In this document: in pieces, positions 1 through 10,351 of the stretch
Layout: every line of letters starts with the position of its first letter
Position numbering within the stretch: position 1 is the stretch's first letter
Source: Myxococcota bacterium
Lineage (GTDB): Bacteria; Myxococcota; XYA12-FULL-58-9; JABJBS01
Assembly: GCA_036339465.1 (NCBI GenBank)
Contig: JAYZAY010000054.1
Span: 1 to 64,000, forward strand
DNA length: 64,000 nt
Direction of reading: 5' to 3'
Position numbers and translations under genes: made by a program
The notes under the pieces: generated by a model
Seen by the model: the letters and a program-made list of their open reading frames with translations, nothing else
What the model was told of the DNA's origin: nothing
The model's database searches: none

Positions 1-249
1 GCGCATGTTTTGGTCGGGCCAGATTTTACTTGGGGTGACGGGGCGATTGTCGGTGGGGAGGTGACCGTGCTCGTTGACATAGGGGTAAATTGCGTCGGCG
101 TTGTAGGTGAGGCCGTTTGGGGCAATGACCGGATCGGTTAAGGGCTCCCAGGATAAGGGGCATATCAGGCCGTTTGGAAGAGCCGGCCGTTTTACTGCCT
201 CTGGGTGAACGTCGGTGCGACGGATAAGGCTTACCTTCATACTTTTCAT
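1..249 (-). CDS. U-box domain protein (E3 ubiquitin ligase-like), 5' part only; runs off the left edge
   Basis: Manual translation from ATG 249 (RBS GGAGA at 257-261): MKSMKVSLIRRTDVHPEAVKRPALPNGLICPLSWEPLTDPVIAPNGLTYNADAIYPYVNEHGHLPTDNRPVTPSKIWPDQNMR. This fits the U-box pattern P-x-x-L-x-CP[IL]S-x-E-x-x-x-DPV-x4-G-x-TY. Frame is open to base 1. Confidence 0.8.
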   Translation of the reverse strand, partial: MKSMKVSLIRRTDVHPEAVKRPALPNGLICPLSWEPLTDPVIAPNGLTYNADAIYPYVNEHGHLPTDNRPVTPSKIWPDQNMR

Positions 250-2124
250 GTTTGTGTCTCCCGGGTGCTGTGCTTTAAATATCGGGGAGGGGGCTAAGGA
301 GTTTCGTTTTTGTTTCATAGGTTGAGGTGCTGTGCTTTTTTTGTGTGTGGGAGTCTTGTAAAAGTTCTTTTATTCTAGATGTTTAAGCGTTTTGTCACTT
401 AGGGGTGGATGGTTGATTTGGCAGCGCACCAAAGAGGCAACGTGCTGGTTTGGGGACCTATGGGGCAATGGGTGCTGTCTTTTCACGCAGCGCCCACCAC
501 CGGCTCGCTTGCCACAGGGACTTGGCAAGCCTTCTTTTAAAACGCCGCACCCGCTAGGTTTTTGGCTGGCAACGCCGCCAAGCCTAATCGATATTGGGCC
601 TAAGCGCTGTGGGCGAAGGGCAAAGTGGCGGCGGCATTTCGATTTAGCGGTTTGGGAATGCGGCGAGTCTAAGCCTTCATACGCCGAAAAGAGGAGTGGA
701 TAGATGAAGAGACCGCGACTGTCGACGACCCATTGCTACTTGAGGAGTCCACCCTCGCTTTTGTGGCCCAGGCTTCTCTTTGTGCACCGATATTTATGGG
801 AGAGCGTCACGGCTTTAAGGTGGCTTGGATTAAAGGAACTGCTACTTCAGAGCGAAGTAAACATCCGGGGGTTTTCGGGAATTCGTTTAATCTTCACGTG
901 GGTGTAGAGCCTGTAAAAGCCACCCGCCCTTGTTTTCTGGGTGGTTCTTTGAGTTGTTTGTAAATCTTCATTCCTTGGAAATAGTGGCTGTATTTCGCGT
1001 GGTTTTCAGGCTCGTTTAAAATCCTATTATTGTTGTGACGCGTCGAATCAAAAAACCTTTCTTCATAAATGTGGCTAAGGAAGAAAAGGCGGCTGCAGTC
1101 ACCGCACTTGGCTATCTCTTCTCGGTGGAGTTGGCAATCGCCATAATCACGGGCAGGCATAATTACCCGTGAAGCTCGGCGACGTTCAGCCATCGGGGAT
1201 AAGAACAGAGTGCAGGAGGTGGCACTTCCTCGGATTTCCCGACCGCCCAAATATTTACCCCTGAGCCCTCTTCAATGTTCTTGATTGGCGCGAGAGCAGT
1301 GGCAGCTTGGATGACGATGATCCGTAACTTTCTCCCAACTCGTATTTCCAGTCACCGATTCAAGAGGTATTCCGAATATGCAACGTTCTAGTACGGATCA
1401 GGTGAGTATCTTGGTCGTACCTCCCTTTTTGTGATGCGGTTCAAATAGAAGTGAGTGTTTCTGACCAACGTTTCGCCCATACATTTCGATGAATGATAAA
1501 ATTGATGGAATATGTCCGGGCTACTGCGATGGCTTCGGGTGGAAAATATTGGCTTGGAAGAGGGGCATCCGAGTGGGTGGCGTCGGGGGTGTTAAATGGA
1601 GTCCACCTTGGGTTCACCAACGACGAGATCTTCCTGGAACACTGATGTGTGATGAGGTGAGTACTTTATTCAGGTGAACCTCTGTTTTCGATACTTGCCT
1701 ACTTACTGGCCGATGAACTCACTGATTTGTGAGCGGGGCGAAAGCTTATTGGGTGTGTTTGGTGCTTTCTTCTTTTTGCGGTGAGTAAACTTTTTCACGG
1801 TGAAGGGAATTACACGGATTCCGTCTTAAAACGCAATTTGCGGAGAAAGACTTGAATCCTTGTTTACTTGGAGATTTTTTGGGAGTGAACAATTGTTTTG
1901 TTCTCTTTTGACCTAAATAGGTCGTATGTCCTATTCCGTGGCCTTATACGGATACTTAGAATTCGGCATCTCCAAGCCAATTTCTAGATGATGCTTCTGT
2001 TTTTGGCCCTTGGATTACCCGTCAATTCGAGTGTGATGAATCTGGTGTCTGTTTTGAATGGCCTTTATGGCATAAAATATGCACCGTAAATTCGCAGAGG
2101 GGCATCTCTTGGAGGCCCTTTTAA

Positions 2125-2157
2125 CAATAGAAATAAAGCCCGGTTTTATTTCTATTG
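2125..2157. promoter_or_regulatory. Perfect 13-bp inverted repeat upstream of the outer-membrane protein gene; candidate operator
   Basis: CAATAGAAATAAA-GCCCGGT-TTTATTTCTATTG, ending 67 bp before ATG 2225. Confidence 0.5.
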
Positions 2158-2224
2158 AATCAGGGTGAATTATAGAGCGTCTTGAACTACGGCTCCTGGG
2201 GGGTCGCAAAAAGGGAGAACTTAA

Positions 2225-2962
2225 ATGAAAAAAATGCTTGGTACATCTAGCTTACTTTGTGTGTTTATGATGTCGACTGGCGCTTCTGCTGCTGACTACC
2301 CAACAAAGATCAATGATCGTCCTTTGACCTTACCAGGTGGCGCTTGGGTAGCGACTACTGCTTTTGTCGCTAACAAGAGTTTTGACGTCGGTTCCCTGGG
2401 CTTTGGTTTCGGCTATGCTGTCAACGATGAGTTGCAGCTCGGCCTAGGCTGGGGTGGGCTTGCGTTGATGCCAGAGTTTGATGTGGCTAAGAACGTTGAA
2501 TTAGGTATCAGTTACTCAGTCATTGACGATGCTGATTTAGATATTGCCGCTGGGTTGTCGCTACCCCTTAATTTCAATGATGGTGCAGACATCGTCTCTT
2601 CCGTGGGCATCGATATGAATACTCGTTATAATCTAATGGATGGTTCGCTTGCGATTCATACGGGTGATGAGCTCATTAGCCTAGGATTTTCTGGTGATTT
2701 CACCTTGGCAATCAATATTCCTGTTGCGTTTGCGTATCAGGCCAATGAGAACATCAATGTTAGCTTGGGAACCAACCTAATGACCATCTCAGTGGTAGGT
2801 GGCGGCGGTGTGACCAGTATTGCCGACACAACGCCATTGAATCTCGATTTGTCTTATTCGGTGGATAATAGCACCGATGTCATGGTGGGTTTGGCTGCTG
2901 ATGCTCAAGCGTTCGGTGACAGCATGATGTTTAGTGTGGGTCTTGCTTACCGCGGACTTTAA
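2225..2962 (+). CDS. Outer-membrane beta-barrel protein
   Basis: Signal peptide ending ASA|AD, YPTKINDRPLTLPGG motif, alternating hydrophobic strands, C-terminal VGLAYRGL, RBS GGGAG. Confidence 0.75.
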   Translation: MKKMLGTSSLLCVFMMSTGASAADYPTKINDRPLTLPGGAWVATTAFVANKSFDVGSLGFGFGYAVNDELQLGLGWGGLALMPEFDVAKNVELGISYSVIDDADLDIAAGLSLPLNFNDGADIVSSVGIDMNTRYNLMDGSLAIHTGDELISLGFSGDFTLAINIPVAFAYQANENINVSLGTNLMTISVVGGGGVTSIADTTPLNLDLSYSVDNSTDVMVGLAADAQAFGDSMMFSVGLAYRGL

Positions 2963-2996
2963 GTATTCTAAATAGAATCTAAGTCCGAAATGAACG

Positions 2997-3033
2997 GGCG
3001 GTCTTGAGGGGGTCTTCGAGGCCGCCTTTTTTT
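2997..3033 (+). terminator. Rho-independent terminator
   Basis: GGCGGTCTTGA...TCGAGGCCGCC stem (with G-U pairs) followed by T7, just after stop 2962. Confidence 0.8.
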
Positions 3034-3110
3034 GTGGAAGCCGACCTGCCTAGCGGCCACCAAGCCAGCTTAGACATCTCGATGACACGTGATCCCTTGC
3101 GTAGGCTCCT

Positions 3111-3839
3111 ATGCAGAGTTATTGCAGATCCAGACGTGGAGGGGCAGCGGTGGGCCTGAAAATTTTATGTTGTATATTTTACGCAGTGGCTCGGTTATTT
3201 AAGCTGACCTACCGGTTTCGTTACGCTGGGGTGGAGAATCTAGAGGCGGCGAAAAAACACCGTAAGGAGCGTAGTTACTGTTTGGCTTCGTGGCACGAAC
3301 ATGCCTTGGCGGGAGTGTTAGGTCAGGTGGGGGTGAAGTATTGCTTTATCATTAGTCGGTCTAAGGATGGCGAGTTTGTGGACTTCATCTGTCGGCGACT
3401 GGGGTATGAAACGGTTCGTGGAAGCTCTAGCAAGGGTGGTAAGGAAGCTAGGGCGGTGCTTTTGGCTATGATGCAAAATGGGGTATCCACGGCGTTTACC
3501 GTGGATGGGCCCCGTGGGCCTCGGAAGAAATGTAAGCCGGGGGTTCTCAGGACTGCCATGGAAAGCGGCGCGGCGATTTTACCGGTGGCGGCGGTAGCGG
3601 ACCGCAATTGGGTGATGGTTAAGAGTTGGGATGAGTCGAAGGTCCCCAAGCCTTTTGCTAAAATCGTGTATCAATTTGGACCATTGATTGAAGTTCCAGA
3701 CGAATTAGAAGGTGATGCTTTCGAGGGAATGCTGGAAAAGATTAACGCGGTGTTGGATGAAACCGAGGCCAAAGCCGAAGAAAATCTAAGTGTATGGGGA
3801 ACCAAGCCCAAACGCTTGCCCACCGCCCTGTTGGGCTAG
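3111..3839 (+). CDS. Lysophospholipid acyltransferase family / DUF374 protein (start may be GTG 3150)
   Basis: WHE, ISRSKDGE, RGSSSKGG, FTVDGPRGP and SWD..KVPKPF motifs. Confidence 0.85.
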   Translation: MQSYCRSRRGGAAVGLKILCCIFYAVARLFKLTYRFRYAGVENLEAAKKHRKERSYCLASWHEHALAGVLGQVGVKYCFIISRSKDGEFVDFICRRLGYETVRGSSSKGGKEARAVLLAMMQNGVSTAFTVDGPRGPRKKCKPGVLRTAMESGAAILPVAAVADRNWVMVKSWDESKVPKPFAKIVYQFGPLIEVPDELEGDAFEGMLEKINAVLDETEAKAEENLSVWGTKPKRLPTALLG

Positions 3840-4624
3840 GCTTTCTGTTGCTAATAACGTTTCTCCATCTTCTAAGTGCGAATAGGAAAGCTAAGAGATG
3901 GGCGACTGGTCCGCCACAGGTGCTTTTGTTTTCCGCTGTTTCGATTTTGCCATCGGGCGGATTTCCGTGGGATGTGAACACATCTGTGGACCAATTGGTG
4001 CACCTATTCCACCGTGGAACCCTAGGCCTGTTTGCACTCGCCCTCGAGACCGCGTCGGCCCTTAGGACGCCCAAGCGATTATCTGGCCTCAAGGTCAAAG
4101 CGGTGGTGGATGGCTCTTTTTTTTGGGGCGTTTGCGCGGGCCGAGACCGAAGTCCTACCCATGGCTCAGTGGTGTGACAACCAGCTTCACTTCAATAAGT
4201 CCGGCATCAAAGAACCGGAGCGCATCCCTGAAAACCAAAGTGAAGGTGAATCCCACGCAGTCCAAAATCGGTCGTTCTGTTTTGGCCTTTCAAAGGTTTC
4301 GCCGAGGTTTCGCCGCCACGATTGCCTAGGTGGCGCCGCTTATCTGAGCAAAACGCGATGAACGCCACCGGTGACCGCCGCTGAAGCTTCAGGACCTCAA
4401 ACTTAGAATTTGATGTTTTGTTATCGGACTCTTGCGTCCAAATCTTAGCGTTCGCTGTTCGGCCGGTTTTTACCGCCTAATAGAAGCAACGTGCAGTCAC
4501 CAAAACTCCTAGGGGAGATCTGCTCTGCGCTCACAATATGGCTTGCTATTGACCCCCTTTGTCGTGCTAGTCTCCTCCGCATCGCAAAACAATGCGGCAC
4601 CAACCCCAAAGAAGGAGACACCCC

Positions 4625-4957
4625 ATGGCTCTACAAGCAATGTGCATGCCCATCTTGCCTGGAAAAAAAGATAAATGGCGAGAGATGATGAAGCAAGTTA
4701 TCGACGGCCCTATGAATGAAGAGTTCAAGAATTCTCGAAAAGAGGCAGGCGTTCGTGAGCGAACTTTCCTTCAAGAGACTCCCAATGGTGACTTCATCAT
4801 CCTAACCTTCGAAGGAGACAACCCTTCGGAAAGTTTCGCCAAAATCATGGGTGAAATGGATGCCGACTTCGCGGACTTTGCCAAGGATGTTCACGGAATG
4901 GACATGAGTGGCCCGCCCCCAGTCATGCCTGAATTGGTTTTCGATAGCCACACCTAA
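4625..4957 (+). CDS. Small conserved protein (DUF6176-like)
   Basis: RBS GAAGGAG before ATG 4625; MPILPGK, GVRERTFLQETPNGDFIILTFEGD. Confidence 0.6.
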   Translation: MALQAMCMPILPGKKDKWREMMKQVIDGPMNEEFKNSRKEAGVRERTFLQETPNGDFIILTFEGDNPSESFAKIMGEMDADFADFAKDVHGMDMSGPPPVMPELVFDSHT

Positions 4958-5179
4958 CCAATTTTTCCGAGAGTAACCCTCGCGGCATTTACCGCCCTCC
5001 CGCGCCCTGAATCTAACGCCCGAAGGCTCCTGGTTTTTCCGGCCTGTGGAGCCACCTTTAGGAAAATCTACATTTTTTAAGGACGGGTTTTCTCGTTTTA
5101 GGGACTATTTTCATTGAACGAGTAATCAATGTTACACTGTCTTTTCGTTGCTTCTCACCAATGGATGAGCATGGGTTGA

Positions 5180-6574
5180 ATGATGTCTCAGCTAGAAGAA
5201 ATATCTGGCCCTTACAGGTTTCCTCTTTTGGGGCATACCCCTTATTTGTGGGGTGGGTTTCCGTCGGGAAAGATCCACCGGATTGCTGAGGAGCGCGGTG
5301 GGCTGTGGCGGGTACAACTTCCAAATTCCACCTTCATTGCCATCACCCGTTTTCAATACATGGACGAACTCTGCGATGAAAGTCGTTTTGAAAAGACCAT
5401 TCACGGGGGGCAAATTGAGCTGAAGAGAGTGGTGAAGGACGGTTTGTTCACCGCCCATACCGAGGATGAGAGTTGGGGGCGCGCCCATCGAATTCTTCTT
5501 CCGGGCTTTGGGAGTAAGGCCATGGGTAGCTATCTGCCGGTGATGAATTCCGTATCCCGACTTCTGGTGGAGACGTGGGGTGGAAGTGGACAAAAGGCTA
5601 TCGATGTGAATCGCGATATGACCATGGTCAGCTTGGAGATTATTGGGGTTTGCGGATTTGATTATCACTTCGCCGATTTCGAACACTACCGGGAAAGCCC
5701 TTTTGTGAAGAAAATGAAATCGATGTTCTACGATGCGAACCTATCTACGGTTTTTTCGGAATCCTGGATGAATATCCTATTCTTTTCGAAGTATCGCCGT
5801 GGCATCACCACCGAGGTGATGACCGGGGTGGTGGACAATGTGATTGAAAAGCGCCTGGCTCGTCCGGAGGATTATGCCCACAAGAAAGACTTTTTGAATT
5901 TAATGCTGGAGGGTTCCGATTCTCGCGATGACAGCAAGCTGGATGCGAAAAATATCCGCTATCAGCTCATTACGTTTTTGGCGGCGGGGTATGAAACCAC
6001 CGCCTCTCTTTTGGGCTTATGTATTTACTATTTGTTGAAGCATGAAGAAGTGATGGCGAAGGCCCGGGAGAGGGTGGATGAAATCTTCGATGCCAATGGT
6101 GACGCTGACCTAAGTTTTAAAGATATTGGCCAAATGGGTTATCTCAAGATGATGATCCATGAAACCTTGCGGCTTTGGCCTACGGGCAGTGGGTTTTTTC
6201 TGCGGCCCAAGGCCAAGACCACCCTCCAGGAAAAGTATGAGGTGACCGAGGAGGATGTGTTCTTCATTTCTCTGCCGGGGCTCCATCGGGATAAGGAGAT
6301 TTGGGGCAGTCGGCCAGAGGTGTTTGATCCCGAGAACTTCAGTCCAGAAAATAGCAAGGCCCGTCCCCGAAATGCCTTCAAGCCCTTTGGAAATGGGATG
6401 CGCGCTTGCATTGGTCAACATTTTGCAATCACCGAAGTGCAGGTTATTTTGGCCTTTCTCCTCCGCAATTTCGAACTCATCGATTACACGAATTATCAGC
6501 TGAGGATCGACGAGTCGGTCACCCTTAAGGCTCGTCATTTCTATTTGAAAGTGAACTCTCGCCAGCGTGGTTAG
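5180..6574 (+). CDS. Cytochrome P450, CYP102-like heme domain without fused reductase
   Basis: DGLFT, AHRILLP, ITFLAAGYETT (I-helix), ETLRLWP (ExxR), FKPFGNGMRACIG (heme Cys). Confidence 0.95.
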   Translation: MMSQLEEISGPYRFPLLGHTPYLWGGFPSGKIHRIAEERGGLWRVQLPNSTFIAITRFQYMDELCDESRFEKTIHGGQIELKRVVKDGLFTAHTEDESWGRAHRILLPGFGSKAMGSYLPVMNSVSRLLVETWGGSGQKAIDVNRDMTMVSLEIIGVCGFDYHFADFEHYRESPFVKKMKSMFYDANLSTVFSESWMNILFFSKYRRGITTEVMTGVVDNVIEKRLARPEDYAHKKDFLNLMLEGSDSRDDSKLDAKNIRYQLITFLAAGYETTASLLGLCIYYLLKHEEVMAKARERVDEIFDANGDADLSFKDIGQMGYLKMMIHETLRLWPTGSGFFLRPKAKTTLQEKYEVTEEDVFFISLPGLHRDKEIWGSRPEVFDPENFSPENSKARPRNAFKPFGNGMRACIGQHFAITEVQVILAFLLRNFELIDYTNYQLRIDESVTLKARHFYLKVNSRQRG

Positions 6575-6611
6575 TTTGCCTCGAATTTCCGTTTTGGTAT
6601 AATTTTAGAGG

Positions 6612-7853
6612 GTGGAACAAAGATACGCTGAATCCGGGGTTCCGGAAATACTCCTCTTGGGTGGCTCTGGATTTGTGGGAAGTGCCCTGGGGGAAAAATT
6701 TGTCACCCTCGGCTGGCGGGTGCGCATTGTAACCCGCAGTATTCGTCCCTTTCAGACGTCTTTTCCCTGTGAACAATTTGTCTGGGATGGCAAGGCCATT
6801 CCCTTGGAGGCCATCGAGGGAGTGACGGCGGTGATTAATCTGGCGGGACAACCCATCTTCGACCACAGCTGGACCCAAAGCTATCGTCGTCTCGTTTTGG
6901 ATTCGAGAAGGGATGCGGGAAGGGCGCTTCGTAAGGCAATGGAAACAGCGTTGGTGAAGCCCAAGGTGGTGCTTCAGATTTCAGGAACCGACTACTATGG
7001 GATGCACCCGCGGGCTGGCGAGTGCGACGAAGCTTCCGAGGCCGGCAGTGATTTTATGGCTTTGGTGGGGAAGGTGGGGGAAGAGCCCGTCGAAGGCTTG
7101 GATAAATATACCCGCCTTTGCATTGTGCGCATGGGATTGGTGCTCGGATGGGAGGGGGGTGGGTTGCCAAAGCTCTGGGACGTTTACGCGAGCGGATGCG
7201 GTGGCGTGTTGGGGAATGGATCTCAGTGGCTTAATTGGGTGCATGTGGATGACATCACGGTTTTTTGTGCGGAGGCGGTGGGCAATGAGCAATACAGGGG
7301 CATCTATAATCTCGTGGCTCCGGCCAATGCCACCAATCGGGAGTTGCACCTACGGTTTTGTGCCCATACCCCCAGTCTGAAGTTTTTGGCGGTTCCCAAG
7401 TTTTACTTAAAAACCTTGATGGGGCAGAGAGCTCATTTTCTTTTGCAGGCGCCCAAGGTGAATACCCCCCGCGCCGAGAAGCATGGTTTTACCTATCAAT
7501 ATCCGAATTTGGAAAGCGCTTTTAAGCAGTTTATGGCCGAACGAACACACCGAAGCGCACATTATAAAAAGGTCAAGCAATGGTTGCCCAAAGCGCCCTC
7601 TGAATTGTCTATCGCCTACAACTCCACCACCTCCTTCGAGAGTCACTTCTTTTATGGTCTATGGCACCATCAGGTTGAATTACACAGCCTTGGTCAGGGA
7701 ACATTGATTGAGGACCGCATGGAATACAAGTTACGGCTCTTTCCCATGGGACAGGCCATGCTTTGGTATATGCGGGCAAGGCTAAATAAAAAACTGGCTG
7801 AGCGCAGGGTGGAGCTGGCGAAATCAGTGGGTTCGGTGAGCTTATCGACGTAA
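6612..7853 (+). CDS. TIGR01777 family NAD-dependent epimerase/oxidoreductase with C-terminal extension
   Basis: LLGGSGFVG, AVINLAG, RMGLVLG, GNGSQWLNWVHVDD, GIYNLVAP, GFTYQYP. Confidence 0.9.
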   Translation: MEQRYAESGVPEILLLGGSGFVGSALGEKFVTLGWRVRIVTRSIRPFQTSFPCEQFVWDGKAIPLEAIEGVTAVINLAGQPIFDHSWTQSYRRLVLDSRRDAGRALRKAMETALVKPKVVLQISGTDYYGMHPRAGECDEASEAGSDFMALVGKVGEEPVEGLDKYTRLCIVRMGLVLGWEGGGLPKLWDVYASGCGGVLGNGSQWLNWVHVDDITVFCAEAVGNEQYRGIYNLVAPANATNRELHLRFCAHTPSLKFLAVPKFYLKTLMGQRAHFLLQAPKVNTPRAEKHGFTYQYPNLESAFKQFMAERTHRSAHYKKVKQWLPKAPSELSIAYNSTTSFESHFFYGLWHHQVELHSLGQGTLIEDRMEYKLRLFPMGQAMLWYMRARLNKKLAERRVELAKSVGSVSLST

Positions 7854-8317
7854 GGAAAGGCAAAATTTGGAGTATCTTCATCTCCGCGCCTTCGCTCAAG
7901 TCGGTGAACATTCTCCCGAAAACCTCAATGGTTTATGTCGCTAGCATAACCCATTCGACGCACAACAAACCTTCGGGAGCCGGTGGTTTTTAAAGTATCG
8001 TGGTGGTTAAGTTTAAGTGTGCATGTTTTTTGAGTTGCTGGATTCTCAGTATGCGGCTTTTGGGTGTGTGCACTTTCTTGAATGCCTGTTTTGACGTTAT
8101 GCGTCGTGAGATGTCTCTCAAGAATTTGACCCACGAAAAGACAGAAGTGGCGCCGATATTTTGGGGGATTGATTGAAAGTGGCGTTTTGGGCGTCACCTC
8201 TTGAGAGGAGAAGTCTTGTAAGTTACTGTTATAACAGAGGTGTTTCTGGTTCTTCATGCTGGCATGACATGTGCTCTAGATGCGGTACGACGTTACCGAC
8301 GCTTTAGGAGCACTGCG

Positions 8318-9067
8318 ATGACTCATGAGGACTTTGTGCTGAAGATCCAGCTAGCCTTTGCGGCTATCATTATTTACTTTCTCTTAATGAAGCTGGAAGA
8401 AAGGGCCGAGGGCCGTCTCTATCCAGAACGTAAGAACTGGAAAACGAGAGGCTGGCTTTTCTTTTTGCTAAGCGCGTTGATTACTCTACCTTTTCCTCTT
8501 TTGATTCACGGATACGATATCTTTGGTGGCAGCGTTTTCGATTTTAGCCATCTAGGACCTTTGGCCGGTGGCGTTCTGGGATGGTTTGTTTACACCTTGC
8601 CTGCCTATTTATTTCACCGAGCGTCCCACGATTTCACCTTTGTTTGGCGGTGGACCCATCAGATGCACCATGCACCAGTGCGAAATGATGCGGCCAGCTC
8701 ATCGGTCGTGCATCCCATCGAAAGCGTGGTTTATGCCACCATGATTATATTAGTTGCTTGCGGGCTTTTGGGGATTAGCTTACAATCCACCTTCGTGATG
8801 CTGGTGATTATTCAGCTCTACGCATTTTTTCCCCACACCAATATTAAAACGCATCCTTTCATCGGTTACTTTATCCAGCGCCCAGAGGGCCACGTTTTAC
8901 ACCATGCGCGGGCCGTTAAGGATGTGAACTACGGTGATTTCCCCATCTGGGACATGCTCTTTGGGACTTGGGTAAACCCAGAAAAATACAGCCATGAGCC
9001 CATCGGATTTGGTGAAGGACGAGATGAACTCTACATGGATATGCTTAAAGGACGACTTGTTTCTTAA
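8318..9067 (+). CDS. Sterol desaturase / fatty acid hydroxylase family membrane di-iron enzyme
   Basis: His boxes HRASH, HQMHH, HVLHH; HPIE, NYG..P.WD.LFGT; RBS AGGAG before ATG 8318. Confidence 0.9.
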   Translation: MTHEDFVLKIQLAFAAIIIYFLLMKLEERAEGRLYPERKNWKTRGWLFFLLSALITLPFPLLIHGYDIFGGSVFDFSHLGPLAGGVLGWFVYTLPAYLFHRASHDFTFVWRWTHQMHHAPVRNDAASSSVVHPIESVVYATMIILVACGLLGISLQSTFVMLVIIQLYAFFPHTNIKTHPFIGYFIQRPEGHVLHHARAVKDVNYGDFPIWDMLFGTWVNPEKYSHEPIGFGEGRDELYMDMLKGRLVS

Positions 9068-9098
9068 TTGTTGAAGTTACGACCTCAGGAGAGAAGCG

Positions 9099-9893
9099 GT
9101 GATGGATGTTTTCTTAAAAACAAGTGCCATGCCTCATTTTGGAGTGACTCACCTACTACCGGTTTTGGTCCTGATTCTTGTGATTGTGTCTTTCGTGTTT
9201 GTGAAGAGCTTGTCGGTTTCCAGAGTTAATCAAAAACGCCTCGGATACGTTGTGGCTTGGGTACTCTGCCTTAACTTTTTCTTGTTTGTACTGCTTCAAA
9301 CCATAGATGGCAGCATTTCTTGGGCTACATCCCTCCCGCTCTATCCCTGTCCCATGGCCAGTCTTCTGGCCCCGGTGCTCATGCGAACTAAGAATAAGAC
9401 CCTCTTCAATGTTATGTTTTATTGGGTTTTTGCCGGGACTCTCCAGGCGGTAATGACGCCCGAAATTAAATACTCCTTCCCCCATTATGAGTATTTCTAT
9501 TTTTGGATTTGTCATGCTGGCCTTTTGGCATTTCTTTCATACACCTTGGTGATTCAAGAATCTGAGCCCAATGCGAAAGGCGTAGTCATAGCCTTTGCTT
9601 GGTTTAACGTCTTCATTGTGATTTCAGCGGTGGTAAATGGGTTAACGGGTTCTAATTATTACTATCTCAAATCGAAACCCCTAGTGCCGACCTTAATAGA
9701 TTACTTAGGTCCTTGGCCCTGGTATATACTCGGAGTTGAAGCGGTGGCATTTATTCAGTTTTGGCTCTCTTTTGCGGTTTTTTGGTTCGTAAAAAATACG
9801 GTTCTTAGCTCTCAAAGCACCCGCAATCCAAGGGTTTCACCGCACTTAGCCCCCGCCGAAATTGTGCTCAAAAACTTTCAAAAAAGCACATGA
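9099..9893 (+). CDS. TIGR02206 / YwaF (TMEM164-related) membrane protein, possible lipid acyltransferase
   Basis: LPLYPC, GTLQAVMTP, FWICH, GSNYYYL..KP..TLIDYLGPWPWY; several TM helices. Confidence 0.85.
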   Translation: MMDVFLKTSAMPHFGVTHLLPVLVLILVIVSFVFVKSLSVSRVNQKRLGYVVAWVLCLNFFLFVLLQTIDGSISWATSLPLYPCPMASLLAPVLMRTKNKTLFNVMFYWVFAGTLQAVMTPEIKYSFPHYEYFYFWICHAGLLAFLSYTLVIQESEPNAKGVVIAFAWFNVFIVISAVVNGLTGSNYYYLKSKPLVPTLIDYLGPWPWYILGVEAVAFIQFWLSFAVFWFVKNTVLSSQSTRNPRVSPHLAPAEIVLKNFQKST

Positions 9894-10021
9894 CGCCTAG
9901 GGCAATATTTTGGTGTTCATCTGCAAATTATGCCGTATGCAACCGCCAGTAGAGGGTGTCTAGAACTGGTTTAAGTCGCTGGTTTTACGTCGTTTATTTG
10001 TGCTTGTAGATTTTTATGTTT

Positions 10022-10037
10022 TGGCATGGTCCCAGCT
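10022..10037 (+). promoter_or_regulatory. Possible sigma-54 (-24/-12) promoter of the ACP-FAAL operon
   Basis: TGGCATGGTCCCAGCT has GG-N10-GC spacing, ~90 bp upstream of ACP; the -12 element is imperfect. Confidence 0.4.
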
Positions 10038-10123
10038 TAGAGCTGGATGTGGAGATCATTGTTTCAATGGGCAGAACAAATGTTACCGATAACGAGTTAG
10101 GGCAAAGCCAAAGGGAGAAATCC

Positions 10124-10351
10124 ATGGAAATCCAGAAAGTCACCAAGATTATCTCGGATGTGTGTCAGATAGAAGAGGCCAATGTTGTAGCGGATAGAGA
10201 TCTGCTGGAATACGGCATGGATTCCGCTCGAGCGGTAGACCTGGTCATCGCCCTCGAAGATGCCTTCGACGTTGAAATTTCCGATGAACTCATGATTCGT
10301 CTCAGGACCGCTAACGATATAGCCCTAGCACTCAAGGATCTGCAAGCATGA
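10124..10351 (+). CDS. Acyl carrier protein
   Basis: 75 aa, acidic, YGMDS phosphopantetheine motif, LEDAFDVEISD; RBS GGGAG; stop overlaps the FAAL start (ATGA). Confidence 0.92.
   Translation: MEIQKVTKIISDVCQIEEANVVADRDLLEYGMDSARAVDLVIALEDAFDVEISDELMIRLRTANDIALALKDLQA

Noticed and set aside
392..2209. Short ORFs between the U-box gene and the OMP gene, including an ERRRASR PilZ-like motif in 894-1250
   Set aside because: No convincing RBS or domain; overlapping frames; cannot be told from chance or decayed sequence
3742..4361. Overlapping ORFs downstream of the DUF374 gene
   Set aside because: No recognisable motifs in any frame
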